The notes beneath the pieces were generated by a model. That model searched no databases. It had not been told where the DNA came from and worked only from the letters and a program-made list of their open reading frames with translations. Source: Nitrospirota bacterium (GTDB lineage: Bacteria > Nitrospirota > Nitrospiria > Nitrospirales > Nitrospiraceae). From it: a DNA stretch of 64,000 bases. The position numbers were made by a program, and so were the translations under genes. Location of the stretch: assembly GCA_963701855.1 (NCBI GenBank), contig CAVPBK010000013.1, positions 1-64,000 on the forward strand, given 5' to 3'. Below, piece by piece: positions 20,606 to 30,679 of this stretch (the stretch's first letter is position 1; each line of letters starts with the position of its first letter).

Positions 20606-21397
20606 TTACTCCCCAATGCGCACCAACAGTCCACGTTCCCTGCAAAGCTCAAACATCCAGTGGAAGATCGCAATTACCACACCGAGAAACAATAGATTGA
20701 GACCTGTCGCCCACCCAAGATGGGTGATCGGCTCAGCCGAGGTGCTGAGTACGGCGCGCATCCCTTCAAATACATGGGCTGCCGGGTTCATCCAGGCAAT
20801 GGCCTGCAACCACCCTGGAAGCACCTCGATCGGATAGAACACACAGGAGATGGGCTGGAACAGAAACACCATGCTCCAAGCCAGGACTTCTGCTTCCTGG
20901 CCGAATCGCATGATGAGGGCAGTGGTCAGCACCCCGATAATCCATCCTGTCACCACGAGATTCAAGACGAATGGAACCAGCCACATCCCGATCACAAAGA
21001 TATTGTAGGAGTAGAACAGGCCCGCACAGACGACCATGACCACAGAAACGGCCAGTACTTTGAAGATGCTCATCACCATCGTCGCAGCAAGAAACTCGCT
21101 CGGCTTGAGCGGACTGGCAAACAGGTTCATAAGATTTCTCGCCCAAATCTCCTCCAGAAACGAAATAGTGATCCCCTGCTGAGCTCGAAACAGGATATCC
21201 CACAGGATCAATGCTCCCAAGAAAAACGTCACCGCCCCCGGAATCTGTCCCTGGAATTTCATGAGGTAGACCGTAATGAATCCCCAAATCACGAGGTCCA
21301 GAAACGGCCAATAAAAGATTTCCATCATGCGCGGCAAACTACGACGATACAGGTACAAATGCCTCGCCACCAGCGCATAGATTCGATGGGTTTTCAT
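20606..21397 (-). CDS. ABC-2 type transporter permease
   Basis: Multiple TM helices; EEIWARNL, VFYPIEVLPGWLQ..NP. Confidence 0.9.
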   Translation of the reverse strand: MKTHRIYALVARHLYLYRRSLPRMMEIFYWPFLDLVIWGFITVYLMKFQGQIPGAVTFFLGALILWDILFRAQQGITISFLEEIWARNLMNLFASPLKPSEFLAATMVMSIFKVLAVSVVMVVCAGLFYSYNIFVIGMWLVPFVLNLVVTGWIIGVLTTALIMRFGQEAEVLAWSMVFLFQPISCVFYPIEVLPGWLQAIAWMNPAAHVFEGMRAVLSTSAEPITHLGWATGLNLLFLGVVIAIFHWMFELCRERGLLVRIGE

Positions 21398-21444
21398 CGC
21401 ACTTTTTCCCCCACCTCCACTCCAAAAGCTTGGCGCACATCATG

Positions 21445-21534
21445 GGCTGGCAGGGACGTTCCCCACTGCGCGCATCGACCGAGCACCTTCTCAGTGTGCG
21501 CGGTCTACGAGCACAGGGAACGTCCCTGCCAGCC
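21445..21534. repeat. Palindromic intergenic element with a perfect 19-bp inverted repeat
   Basis: GGCTGGCAGGGACGTTCCC (21445-21463) / GGGAACGTCCCTGCCAGCC (21516-21534). Confidence 0.8.
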
Positions 21535-21541
21535 AGCGCTC

Positions 21542-22270
21542 TTACTTCTCTCGCGCCAACTTCACAAACACTTCTTCTAAGTCCACCTGCCCAAACCGCG
21601 CCACAATTTCCTGCGCTGTTCCCTCTGCCACAATCTTTCCCCGCTGGAGAAAAATGATTCGATCCGACATCTCTTCCATCTCGTGCATATTATGCGACGA
21701 ATAGAGCACACTGAGTCCGGACGATCGTCGCTCCTCTTTGAGGAAGCTTCGAATCTTTTGCGCGATATCGGGATCCAGGCTCGCCGTCGGCTCGTCCAGA
21801 AACAGGATCCTAGGTTCGGTCAAGAACGCTTTGGCCAACCCAAGACGAGTGCTTTGCCCCGAAGACAGCTTGCGCGTCACCTTATGACGGAACCCCTCCA
21901 TCTCCAACCGCTTCACAATGTCATCGACCCGCTCTTGGATCTGAGACAGACCGTATAGCCGCGCAATCACCCAAAGATTTTCCTCGACTGTAAGCGCCTG
22001 AGGCAAGGACACATAGGTCGAAGAAAAATTCACTTGCCGCAGTATCTCTTCGCGGTTGGCCGACAAATCGAGCCCAAACATTTGAATAGCGCCGGCGGTC
22101 GGCGTCACCACCCCGAGTAACATTTGAATGGTGGTGGTTTTCCCTGCCCCGTTCGGGCCCAGCAATCCAAGAATTTCACCCGGTCTGATGTCGAATGAAA
22201 TATCGTTGACGGCGACGAATTCACCAAAGCGTTTCACCAGATGTTGGACGTGCAGAACGGGTGTGGACAT
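21542..22270 (-). CDS. ABC transporter ATP-binding protein
   Basis: GPNGAGKTT, LSSGQ, LFLDEPT, SSH. Confidence 0.95.
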   Translation of the reverse strand: MSTPVLHVQHLVKRFGEFVAVNDISFDIRPGEILGLLGPNGAGKTTTIQMLLGVVTPTAGAIQMFGLDLSANREEILRQVNFSSTYVSLPQALTVEENLWVIARLYGLSQIQERVDDIVKRLEMEGFRHKVTRKLSSGQSTRLGLAKAFLTEPRILFLDEPTASLDPDIAQKIRSFLKEERRSSGLSVLYSSHNMHEMEEMSDRIIFLQRGKIVAEGTAQEIVARFGQVDLEEVFVKLAREK

Positions 22271-22342
22271 GAATGATCAGCGACTTAGCAGGCTACTGAA
22301 CTTGCGCGAGCACCAACAATGAGCGCCAGGACAACGGCGGCT

Positions 22343-22867
22343 TTAGGTTTCCAGCCCTTGCTCCATACGAGATGGTGATCGTGGGAACTGCTTCATGATC
22401 AAGGCAGCCACGCCGGCGACATCGTCCAACCCGAACAGCGGTACGGATAGATTCAGAGACTTGTCAGACACCACCGCGAGCAACCCTTCCGTAGAAACAG
22501 GAATTTCGCCGACCTGCTCACGGACGATGACAATCTTCGGATACCCTTCGTGTTTCCACCCTTCGGCAATGATCAGGTCGTAGGTGTGATCGAGAAACCG
22601 ATCCCGCACGTCTTCAACCTTCATCTGGTCTGACGCATCGGCAAACATCGCCATACTCCCCTTGGAAAGCACCACCACGCTGCTGGCGCCGGCTCGCTTG
22701 TGGCGCCAGCTATCTTTCCCTTCCGTATCGAGGTCAAACCCGTGGCCGGCATGTTTCACCGTTGCCACCTTGTAGCCTGCCCGGACCAACTCAGGAATTA
22801 TCCGCTCGATCAGCGTGGTTTTCCCGCTGTTCGACCGACCGACAAAACAAACAATGGGCACGGCCAT
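22343..22867 (-). CDS. mobB: Molybdopterin-guanine dinucleotide biosynthesis protein B
   Basis: GRSNSGKTT, VKHAGHGFDLDTEGKDSWRH. Confidence 0.92.
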   Translation of the reverse strand: MAVPIVCFVGRSNSGKTTLIERIIPELVRAGYKVATVKHAGHGFDLDTEGKDSWRHKRAGASSVVVLSKGSMAMFADASDQMKVEDVRDRFLDHTYDLIIAEGWKHEGYPKIVIVREQVGEIPVSTEGLLAVVSDKSLNLSVPLFGLDDVAGVAALIMKQFPRSPSRMEQGLET

Positions 22868-22968
22868 TGATCTTACTGGTCAATGGCCCATCGTCACTGG
22901 TCAACGGCGATCAAGAATGATTCTTGCCAATGACTAATGACTGATGACGATTGACCTCCTTCTCTTAG

Positions 22969-24267
22969 TTAGCAACAGGACAGCCGGTGAGGGTCGATGT
23001 GACTATGTTCGGAATGGCTGGCCCAGGCTTCTCCACTCAACAATTGAACCGATACCAAATCACCCTGGTTCACTCGTTCAACTTCGACCGGGATATCGAT
23101 CAAACAATTGGCCTTCACCATAGAAGTCAATATCCCGGACCCTTGTGCACCGGTCGTGCGAACCTTGAAGACCTCTTCTTCTCTTGTGAGCACACCGCGT
23201 AGAAAATGGCGCCGATCCGTCCCTTTGGAAAACTTTTCCTGGAAAATCGCCTGCACGATCGGACGGCCATAGCTACGGTGCCCGCTCATTTTAAGCATGG
23301 CCGGCCGCACGAGCTGCTCAAACGTCACCATGGAGGACACGGGATTCCCCGGCAAGCCGAAGGCCAGTTTGCCATGGATCTTGCCGAAGGCAAGCGGCTG
23401 TCCAGGTCTGATCGCCAATTTCCAAAAGTTCATTTCCGCGCCCAGTTCGTGGAAAACTGCCTTGGTGAAATCGTAATCGCCCATCGAGACACCGCCGGAC
23501 AGCACAAGAATATCCGCCGTCAGTCCCTGCGAAATCTTTTCCTTCAACGCAGCGGGGGTATCCCTTGCAATCCCCAGCAACAAGGGAATGCCGCCCGCCT
23601 CCTGCACCGCTGCCGCAATCCCATAGCTGTTGGAGTTGATGATTTTTTCATCGCTGAACCGCTCATCCAAGTCTGCCAGTTCATCGCCGGTCGAAAGAAT
23701 CGCCACCCGAGGACGTTGATAGGCAAAGATGAATGACTTGGCGAGGATCGCTAGCATTCCCGCTTCACCAGACCGAATCTGCGTCCCCTTGCCGATAATG
23801 CACTCGCCTTTCTTCACGTCTTCGCCTTGAGGCCGAATATTGGCGCCTTGCTGTTCGGGCTTGAAGACGCGAACGGAATCCGCTGTATGCTCGGTGTCTT
23901 CGACCTTCAGGACCGTATCCGCCCCCTTCGGAAGCGGAGCCCCGGTCATGATGCGAATCGCCTGACCTGCGCCGACGGATTTTGACGGCATCTTGCCCGC
24001 AGGAACATCCTCTATTACCGTAAGCGTCACCGTTTTCTGAATCGCATGCTCTCGCTTGATATCGTCCCACCGCACGGCAAATCCATCCATCGCACTGTTG
24101 TCCCAGGGTGGGTTAGCCCGTTCCGCCACAATGTCCTCTCCGAGAACACGGCCCAGCGCATCGAGGATCGAAATCTTTTCCAAGCCCAGAATTGGCGTGG
24201 ACTCCAACACGATCCGTTGCGCCTCCTCCAGCTGCGTAAGCCCCCCTGTAGAGTCTGTGGCCTTCAC
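22969..24267 (-). CDS. moeA: Molybdopterin molybdotransferase
   Basis: SAMDGFA, RIMTGAPLP, STGDEL, SGGVSMGDYD, GLPGNPVS. Confidence 0.95.
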   Translation of the reverse strand: MKATDSTGGLTQLEEAQRIVLESTPILGLEKISILDALGRVLGEDIVAERANPPWDNSAMDGFAVRWDDIKREHAIQKTVTLTVIEDVPAGKMPSKSVGAGQAIRIMTGAPLPKGADTVLKVEDTEHTADSVRVFKPEQQGANIRPQGEDVKKGECIIGKGTQIRSGEAGMLAILAKSFIFAYQRPRVAILSTGDELADLDERFSDEKIINSNSYGIAAAVQEAGGIPLLLGIARDTPAALKEKISQGLTADILVLSGGVSMGDYDFTKAVFHELGAEMNFWKLAIRPGQPLAFGKIHGKLAFGLPGNPVSSMVTFEQLVRPAMLKMSGHRSYGRPIVQAIFQEKFSKGTDRRHFLRGVLTREEEVFKVRTTGAQGSGILTSMVKANCLIDIPVEVERVNQGDLVSVQLLSGEAWASHSEHSHIDPHRLSCC

Positions 24268-24280
24268 CGTCTCTCCTTCA

Positions 24281-25234
24281 TCAGTGTGCCTGCCGGGATG
24301 CGATTTTCACGAGCGACCCACTCTTCTTGCAGAATGTCTCAACCTTATTTGCAATTTCGTGATAACACTCGGCCGTGGCCGTGTCGGAATTGAACATCGC
24401 AAAGGGCTCACCGGCATCGGACTGGATTACGACATCGGGATCGAGCGGAATCCGCCCGAGGAAAGGCACGCCCATATCCATCGCGGAGGCTTCCCCGCCG
24501 CCTTTCCGAAACACCTCAATGTGGTTGTGACAATGAGGACACTCCAGCCCGCTCATGTTTTCGACAATCCCAATGATCGGGACTTCGCTATCTTTGCAGA
24601 ACGTGACCGACTTGCGTGAATCCAGCAAGGCCACTTCCTGCGGTGTCGTCACAATCACCGCGCCACTGACATTGCCGAGTAGATCGATGGTTGTGACCGA
24701 TTCGTTGCCGGTTCCTGGAGGCAAGTCGATAAACAGGAAATTCAGATCTTGCCACTCAACACCGCCCAAGAGCTGGTTGATGAACTCATACTTGTACGCA
24801 TCGCGCCAGATGATCGGATCATCCGAATTCTGCAACAGGAAGGACATCGAGGCAATCTTGAGGTTATATGCCTGAAAAGGGATGATCCCACCTGAGCTGC
24901 TGATCTTGAGTTTCTGCCCTTCAGCCCCCACCATTTTTGGAATATTGGGGCCATGGATATCCATGTCGCAAATTCCGACATGCCACCCTTTGAGCGCGAG
25001 ACTCACGGCTAGATTCGTCGTACAGGTACTCTTTCCGACTCCACCCTTGTTGCTCATGATAAGCACTTTGTATTCGATCCGCTCCATCCGTTTGGACACC
25101 AACCAGCGACTGTGCCCTTCCTTGTCCTTCTGACAGGTTTCGTTTTCATCGCAGATCGCGCAGGCCCACATGTAGACACAGGCATCGCTGCCGCCGGAGC
25201 TGGGAGGCTGAATGACATTCAATTCACGAGCCAT
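24281..25234 (-). CDS. mrp: Mrp/NBP35 (ApbC) Fe-S cluster carrier ATPase
   Basis: KGGVGKST, DIHGPNIP, DLPPGTG, ENMS..CPHC. Confidence 0.92.
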   Translation of the reverse strand: MARELNVIQPPSSGGSDACVYMWACAICDENETCQKDKEGHSRWLVSKRMERIEYKVLIMSNKGGVGKSTCTTNLAVSLALKGWHVGICDMDIHGPNIPKMVGAEGQKLKISSSGGIIPFQAYNLKIASMSFLLQNSDDPIIWRDAYKYEFINQLLGGVEWQDLNFLFIDLPPGTGNESVTTIDLLGNVSGAVIVTTPQEVALLDSRKSVTFCKDSEVPIIGIVENMSGLECPHCHNHIEVFRKGGGEASAMDMGVPFLGRIPLDPDVVIQSDAGEPFAMFNSDTATAECYHEIANKVETFCKKSGSLVKIASRQAH

Positions 25235-25280
25235 ATCTCATCCTTCTATAAAACCGTTACGCACAATCTGCGTGATTTCG

Positions 25281-26225
25281 TTATCGTCGTCGATCTGTCG
25301 GCACGCCGACGTAGTCGCTCTCTCCCACGTTAGGGAGCCCCACTGACGGAGCCTTGCCGTTTCCTGCCGCTGCGGTGGCCATCGCCGGCATGCCCACCCC
25401 CTCCGTCACCGGCTTCTTTTTGTTAAAAAACCCTGCGCTGATGATCCCTACTTCGTAAAAGATATACATTGGCAGAGCCATCAAACATTGGTTGAAGGGA
25501 TCGGGCGTCGGAGTCAGTACTGCAGCAAAGATAAACGATCCTAGCAAGGCCCACTTGCGATACCGTTTGAGAAACGGCGCATCGACCCACCCAAACTTTG
25601 CCATGAGGGTGATCGCGAGCGGGACTTCGAAAATCAGCCCGAAGATCATCAAAAACCAGAGAGCAAATCCAACATACTGCGCAATGGAGATCTGGGGAAC
25701 GAAGCCGGCATTGACGCCATAGGAAATCAAAAAATTCAGCGCAAACGGGAGTACAAAGAAAAATGAAAAGCCCACCCCTGCATAGAACGCCACGGCAGTC
25801 AACAGCACAAACGGCGCGACGAAACGCCGTTCCTGGGCATGGAGACCCGGCACGACGAATTGCCAGACTTCCAACAGAATATACGGGGTTGCAGCAACAA
25901 GGGCAAAAAGCCCGGCCACTTTGACGTTTTGCCACAACGCTTCAGCCGGCGCGAGAAAGACAAACGGAACGGTCGGCAGATCGGTCGGCACCCACGACAG
26001 GGAGCCAGGTGTAAACATGTTCTGGAGAGGGATACGCAGCCACTTAACCAACGTGTCAGCATAGAAAAACGTAACGACAAACACCACTGCGGTAATGATC
26101 ACCGTGCGCGTCAGCCGGACCTGAAGCTCCACGAGGTGCTCCATTACCGGCATTTTCTTATCTTCCAGCGGCTTGAAGATTGTGTCTTGCAACCACTGGT
26201 TAAGTGAATTCAGGCCGTTAGGCAT
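25281..26225 (-). CDS. tatC: Twin-arginine translocase subunit TatC
   Basis: HLVEL..RL, WQFVVPGL...E, FEVP, TPTPDP. Confidence 0.95.
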   Translation of the reverse strand: MPNGLNSLNQWLQDTIFKPLEDKKMPVMEHLVELQVRLTRTVIITAVVFVVTFFYADTLVKWLRIPLQNMFTPGSLSWVPTDLPTVPFVFLAPAEALWQNVKVAGLFALVAATPYILLEVWQFVVPGLHAQERRFVAPFVLLTAVAFYAGVGFSFFFVLPFALNFLISYGVNAGFVPQISIAQYVGFALWFLMIFGLIFEVPLAITLMAKFGWVDAPFLKRYRKWALLGSFIFAAVLTPTPDPFNQCLMALPMYIFYEVGIISAGFFNKKKPVTEGVGMPAMATAAAGNGKAPSVGLPNVGESDYVGVPTDRRR

Positions 26226-26295
26226 ACGTTTCGTTCATCCGATGGCTGACCGCGACCGCTCGGCATCAGAGCGATCGCAGCCAGCGTCAGGCCTG

Positions 26296-27813
26296 TTATT
26301 TGGGATTGACCGCAACAAACAGGTTATTCCCCTGCCGGCTTAACAGCAGGACGGCCAACTCATCTTTCTTCAACTTACTCGAAGCCTTCTGGTAGTCTTC
26401 GAACGTCTTCACGACTTCGTGGTTCACTTCCTGAATCACGTCGCCGCGCTGCAGACCCGCCGCTTCCGCAGAACCACCGCTCTCAACTGATATTACGACG
26501 ACACCCGTCATCTTCGCCGGAATGTTCAATTGACTCATCGTGGCCGCATCCAACCCCTGCACACGAAGGGAAGCCAAGACATTATCGGGCAACTTCGCTG
26601 TCTCGACCGGTTCCTTGGGAGCTGACGGCTCCTTTTTCGCCAACATTTCATCTGTCGGTCGTTCCGCCACCTTCACAGAGATGGTCTGTTCCTTGCCATC
26701 CCGCAACACCTTCACCTGCGCATCCTTGCCGACCATTGTACGCGCGACAAGGTTCCTCAATTGGCTCACATTTTGGACATCTTTGCCGTTGAACGAGATC
26801 ACCACATCGCCACGCTTCACACCCGCAGCATGGGAAGGGCCATTTTCATTCACATCGCTGATCAAAACCCCCTTGCGCTGCTCAGGCAACTTGAACGACT
26901 TTGCCAAAGCCGGCGTGATCTCTTGAATGGCGACACCCATCCAGCCGCGCACAACTTTGCCGGTTTTCTGGAGGCTATCGACAATGTCCAACGCGATGCT
27001 GCTGGGAATGGCAAATCCAATCCCCTCTGACCCGCCGGTCCTTGAGAAAATAGCCGTATTGATTCCGATGAGTTCACCGCTCAGGTTGACCAACGCTCCT
27101 CCGGAATTGCCTGGATTAATCGCGGCGTCGGTCTGGATGAAATCTTCGTAGTCTGCAATTCCGACATTGCCTCGCCCCAAGGCGCTGATGATGCCCAGGG
27201 TCACGGTGGAACTTAATCCAAATGGACTGCCGACCGCCAATACCAGATCGCCAACCTGCAATTTCTCATACTCAGCCCATTTTAAGGATGGGAGATCTTT
27301 CGCCTCGATCTTGACCACCGCCAAGTCCGTCTTTGGGTCGGCTCCCACAACTTTCGCGCTGAATTCACGTCGATCGCTGAGTGTGACAGTGATCTGCGTA
27401 GCGCCTTCGACGACGTGGTTGTTGGTCACAATAAATCCGTTCGGATCAAAAATGACGCCTGATCCGGCGCTTTGATCCGGGCGTCCATGCCCTCCGCCTG
27501 GCGGCATCGGCGGAGGAGTCGGAAGTTCTCCCTCCGGCGCTTCCTCACCCGGAGGTCCACCAAATGGACCTGGTGGAACCGGCGACTTCCGGCCTCGTCC
27601 CCGGCCTTCTCCACCCCCGGTAACCGCTATATTCACCACAGCCGGCGTAACCTTCTTGACGATCTCCGAAAATCCTTGTGTCATCCCTGCAGGAACCCCG
27701 GCGGCAAAGGCTGTGGGTTCACTGGGCAGGCCAGTAAAGGCGACGGCACCCGTAACAAGACCGATACCTGCGACAAGACCTCGAATACTCCATCCCTTAC
27801 TCCGCGTGACCAT
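26296..27813 (-). CDS. HtrA/DegP-DegQ serine protease with two PDZ domains
   Basis: TNNHV, DLAV, GNSGG triad; ATG 27813 has a GGAGG RBS. Confidence 0.93.
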   Translation of the reverse strand: MVTRSKGWSIRGLVAGIGLVTGAVAFTGLPSEPTAFAAGVPAGMTQGFSEIVKKVTPAVVNIAVTGGGEGRGRGRKSPVPPGPFGGPPGEEAPEGELPTPPPMPPGGGHGRPDQSAGSGVIFDPNGFIVTNNHVVEGATQITVTLSDRREFSAKVVGADPKTDLAVVKIEAKDLPSLKWAEYEKLQVGDLVLAVGSPFGLSSTVTLGIISALGRGNVGIADYEDFIQTDAAINPGNSGGALVNLSGELIGINTAIFSRTGGSEGIGFAIPSSIALDIVDSLQKTGKVVRGWMGVAIQEITPALAKSFKLPEQRKGVLISDVNENGPSHAAGVKRGDVVISFNGKDVQNVSQLRNLVARTMVGKDAQVKVLRDGKEQTISVKVAERPTDEMLAKKEPSAPKEPVETAKLPDNVLASLRVQGLDAATMSQLNIPAKMTGVVVISVESGGSAEAAGLQRGDVIQEVNHEVVKTFEDYQKASSKLKKDELAVLLLSRQGNNLFVAVNPK

Positions 27814-28071
27814 ATCAGCATTCCTCCACAGGGTTAATCGACGCGACCACATGAGCTGAACGGTACATTGTACACTATCCGTTCCGAGGGCTTCAAAGAC
27901 TAATAGTCCCCGCCGGCCCCTCACCCAAGAGAGCCCGAAGGAGACAACGCGCAGACTGCGCTAGATGAAGCGCGAGGACGGTTTGGTCTGTCTCGTTTGT
28001 TTGCTTGAACCAGATAGCCCAGATCAACCCTCCCCCGTTTCGCTTGTCATACGAAGCTATTTCGTCACCTA

Positions 28072-28851
28072 CTACAATCTAGGTTTCCGGGCCTCTGCCT
28101 CGGATTCTAATACTCCGATCCAAGAGTTCCTGAGTTTCAGCGCCAGCCGCTTAGCCGCTTGCTCAAAGGACACGACACGGAGCGTATTCGGCGCACCCTC
28201 GTACGTCGGAGGCCAGATACGCCGCTCATCCTGCGGGCGCAGGTAGATAGCCGGATACCATTGATCGATCCTTGGTGCACTCGGACGATCCAGCGTGCCC
28301 CAGCCCCGCCCCTCGGCCTGCATCAAGATCTGATTGTGCCCCACATCCAACAGAGCGAATTCCAGCAGTGACCAGTTATCTCGACGAAATCCAGGCTGCC
28401 CGTGTGTGGTCAATCCTAGAAAGAACGTCATGGGATATTCCTGTTCGGTGCTAGAGACCACGACGACGGCTAGATAGTCGAGCCCACGCTGTCGCCCCAG
28501 TTCAGCAAACTGGGCCCAATCCCCATGCGGTTGCGGCCTGATACGGTCGGCAGAAATCACCTCTGTTATCGCCACAGGAATTGCACGAATGAGGTCCCGT
28601 TGCAGGCTTTCTCCGAGGCGAGCCAGCGCCTCTTCCGGCAGGCTCGGAGCTGCATCTGGCTCTGTCGCATCCGATACCACGACAAGCCCTGCCTGTAGTG
28701 GTCGCTGATTGATCTTCGCAAACGCATCGCCGTCGACCTGGCGCCATGAGGAGAGATAATCGCCAATCCGTGCAGGCGGAATAGCGGAGGCACAAGAAAC
28801 CAGGAATACCGCGCTGAACATGATACTGAATTGAGTGAGCACCCGGCGCAT
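28072..28851 (-). CDS. Hypothetical lipoprotein
   Basis: LVSC lipobox; 259 aa; GGAGG upstream. Confidence 0.7.
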   Translation of the reverse strand: MRRVLTQFSIMFSAVFLVSCASAIPPARIGDYLSSWRQVDGDAFAKINQRPLQAGLVVVSDATEPDAAPSLPEEALARLGESLQRDLIRAIPVAITEVISADRIRPQPHGDWAQFAELGRQRGLDYLAVVVVSSTEQEYPMTFFLGLTTHGQPGFRRDNWSLLEFALLDVGHNQILMQAEGRGWGTLDRPSAPRIDQWYPAIYLRPQDERRIWPPTYEGAPNTLRVVSFEQAAKRLALKLRNSWIGVLESEAEARKPRL

Positions 28852-28996
28852 CCTCCATTCTCAGATCATCCAGGTCTATCCACCGCTTCATTCTCCACCG
28901 TTCTACGTTCGCTCCCCATCTGCGGATCTGTCAAGTCCAGCGGGCTAGTGCGGTAGTGGGCTATTTTGGTTTGTCCGCCTATTTGTTTTTGCAGTT

Positions 28997-29818
28997 TTAT
29001 TTCATTCGATTATAGGGGTAATAAAGGTAGACGCCGATGTCGGATGGATTAGAGGTTCCAGGGAAATAGGCCCCAACTTCAGTAATTCGTTCTTTATCGG
29101 TGAGTACATCATGATAGGTAGCGCATCCGTGAATGAACAGTTTGGCGGTCCTGTTTCTGACCATCTGCTCTTGTGCTTCAGACATGCCGTATGTCCCACT
29201 GTGGAGTTTAGTGCCCCAAACTTTATCAGGCGGAAGGATACCTACATGAACAGTCGCCTTTGGGCATTTGTAAGGGTCAAATTTAGGAATGTTAGTGAGA
29301 TCATATGGCCCGCTTGGATTTATGAAGGAAAACTCCCAGCCAGATTCAGCCTTGAGGGCTGGAGTCTTACCGATATTTTTAAAACCAATTTCGAAAGTGA
29401 TTTGGTCTTTGTCAATACTTGTAATTCCGAAACCGTCCACTGCAATCCATGCCGCAGTGGAGGCTGCAGCAGCATCAGCAGAGAGTTTAGTAGCCTCGGT
29501 GGTCTGTTTGATCTCACTCCAAATATACCAATTAATCATTACAGTAATGCCAACAAAAAAGGCGGTCGCCACTTCAAGACGGAATTTCCATTTATCTCTG
29601 GACTCTTGCCGTTTCTGATTGGCGTTGTAACTTTCTTCTATTCTGCGTGGAAAATTAACTTCGACAGTAGATGTAAGTGGTGGGTAGATATTTGGCTGGT
29701 TGCTGGGTTTTGTATTTTTCTGTACGGAGTCAGCGGTATTTTGACATGGAGCGTCTCCTTCTAATGCCATCGTTTTATTTTTGGCCTTCTTTTTTCGTCT
29801 TTTTGAATGCCTTGACAT
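28997..29818 (-). CDS. Transposon passenger: single-pass membrane protein of unknown function
   Basis: 273 aa; basic N-terminus, one TM helix, beta-rich C-terminal domain; starts 1 nt after the transposase stop. Confidence 0.7.
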   Translation of the reverse strand: MSRHSKRRKKKAKNKTMALEGDAPCQNTADSVQKNTKPSNQPNIYPPLTSTVEVNFPRRIEESYNANQKRQESRDKWKFRLEVATAFFVGITVMINWYIWSEIKQTTEATKLSADAAAASTAAWIAVDGFGITSIDKDQITFEIGFKNIGKTPALKAESGWEFSFINPSGPYDLTNIPKFDPYKCPKATVHVGILPPDKVWGTKLHSGTYGMSEAQEQMVRNRTAKLFIHGCATYHDVLTDKERITEVGAYFPGTSNPSDIGVYLYYPYNRMK

Positions 29819-29819
29819 A

Positions 29820-30634
29820 TTAAACGAGTTCGCCGAGTTCCCAAATGCGATCTGTAATGCCCGCTGCCATGGCTGGCGTCATACGAAGTGACCGATGAAT
29901 CAGACAGAAGTTGTAGCTCCAGAAGTAGAGCGCGACAGCAGCTTTCAGATTGGCCAACTTACGGGAGAAGGCCAAGGTGAGACGGTGAAATCTAGCAACC
30001 TTCATCCGCAAGGTCAAATTCTGCCGCTCAACATAGGACGTACAGACCTTGCTGTAATCCGGGATGCCCAACACTTCAGTAATCTCCGTTCCAGACACGC
30101 GAGGCGGGGCATAGCGGCCTGGTCCAGGATTCTGCGAGGCGTACAGCTTCGTGATTGTGGCATAGGTGGCACGATTGCCGAAGTATCTCGCAATGGCTGG
30201 ACTATATGGTCCCCACGCGTCGGTACTGACCTGGGTAGAACCTTCAATGCGTCGGCTCAGATCCTCGATGAAATGATGTGTATTGATCGAGTCCCGCTTG
30301 CCCACATGGAAGGCTGGAATGACTTTGGAGATAGGATCAAGCGCGATATATGTATACTGGTCGCCAAGCTCAGGATTGGCCTTCCGTTCCTCAGCTTTCA
30401 TCACACCGTCTTTTTTCCCAACGAACGTCCAGATTTCGTCACATTCAACAGCCTCACACCGAATGCCGCGCATGCGCTCATCCATCATTTGCTGACAGCG
30501 CGTTCCCACTTCCACCAACAGCTTCATGATGGTTTTCTTATGTACGCCGGTCATGCGGACTATAGAACGGATCGAACAGCCCTCAGTGAGAGCGGAGATA
30601 ACAGCCAACTTTTTTCTGCTTTCAGCACATTCAT
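29820..30634 (-). CDS. IS1-family DDE transposase (apparent frameshift in an A6 run near 30610-30615)
   Basis: HTH EGCSIRSIVRMTGV; ECDEIWTFVGKK, STDAW, TSYVERQNLTLR, TPAMAAG. SD AAGGAGG precedes ATG 30634, which is out of frame with the body by one base. Confidence 0.88.
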
Positions 30635-30644
30635 GGGACCTCCT

Positions 30645-30673
30645 TTGATTGGAGATCCCGGAAGGTGTATACT
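30645..30673 (+). promoter_or_regulatory. Sigma-70 promoter firing antisense to the transposase leader
   Basis: TTGATT-17 nt-TATACT. Confidence 0.65.
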
Positions 30674-30679
30674 TTGAAT

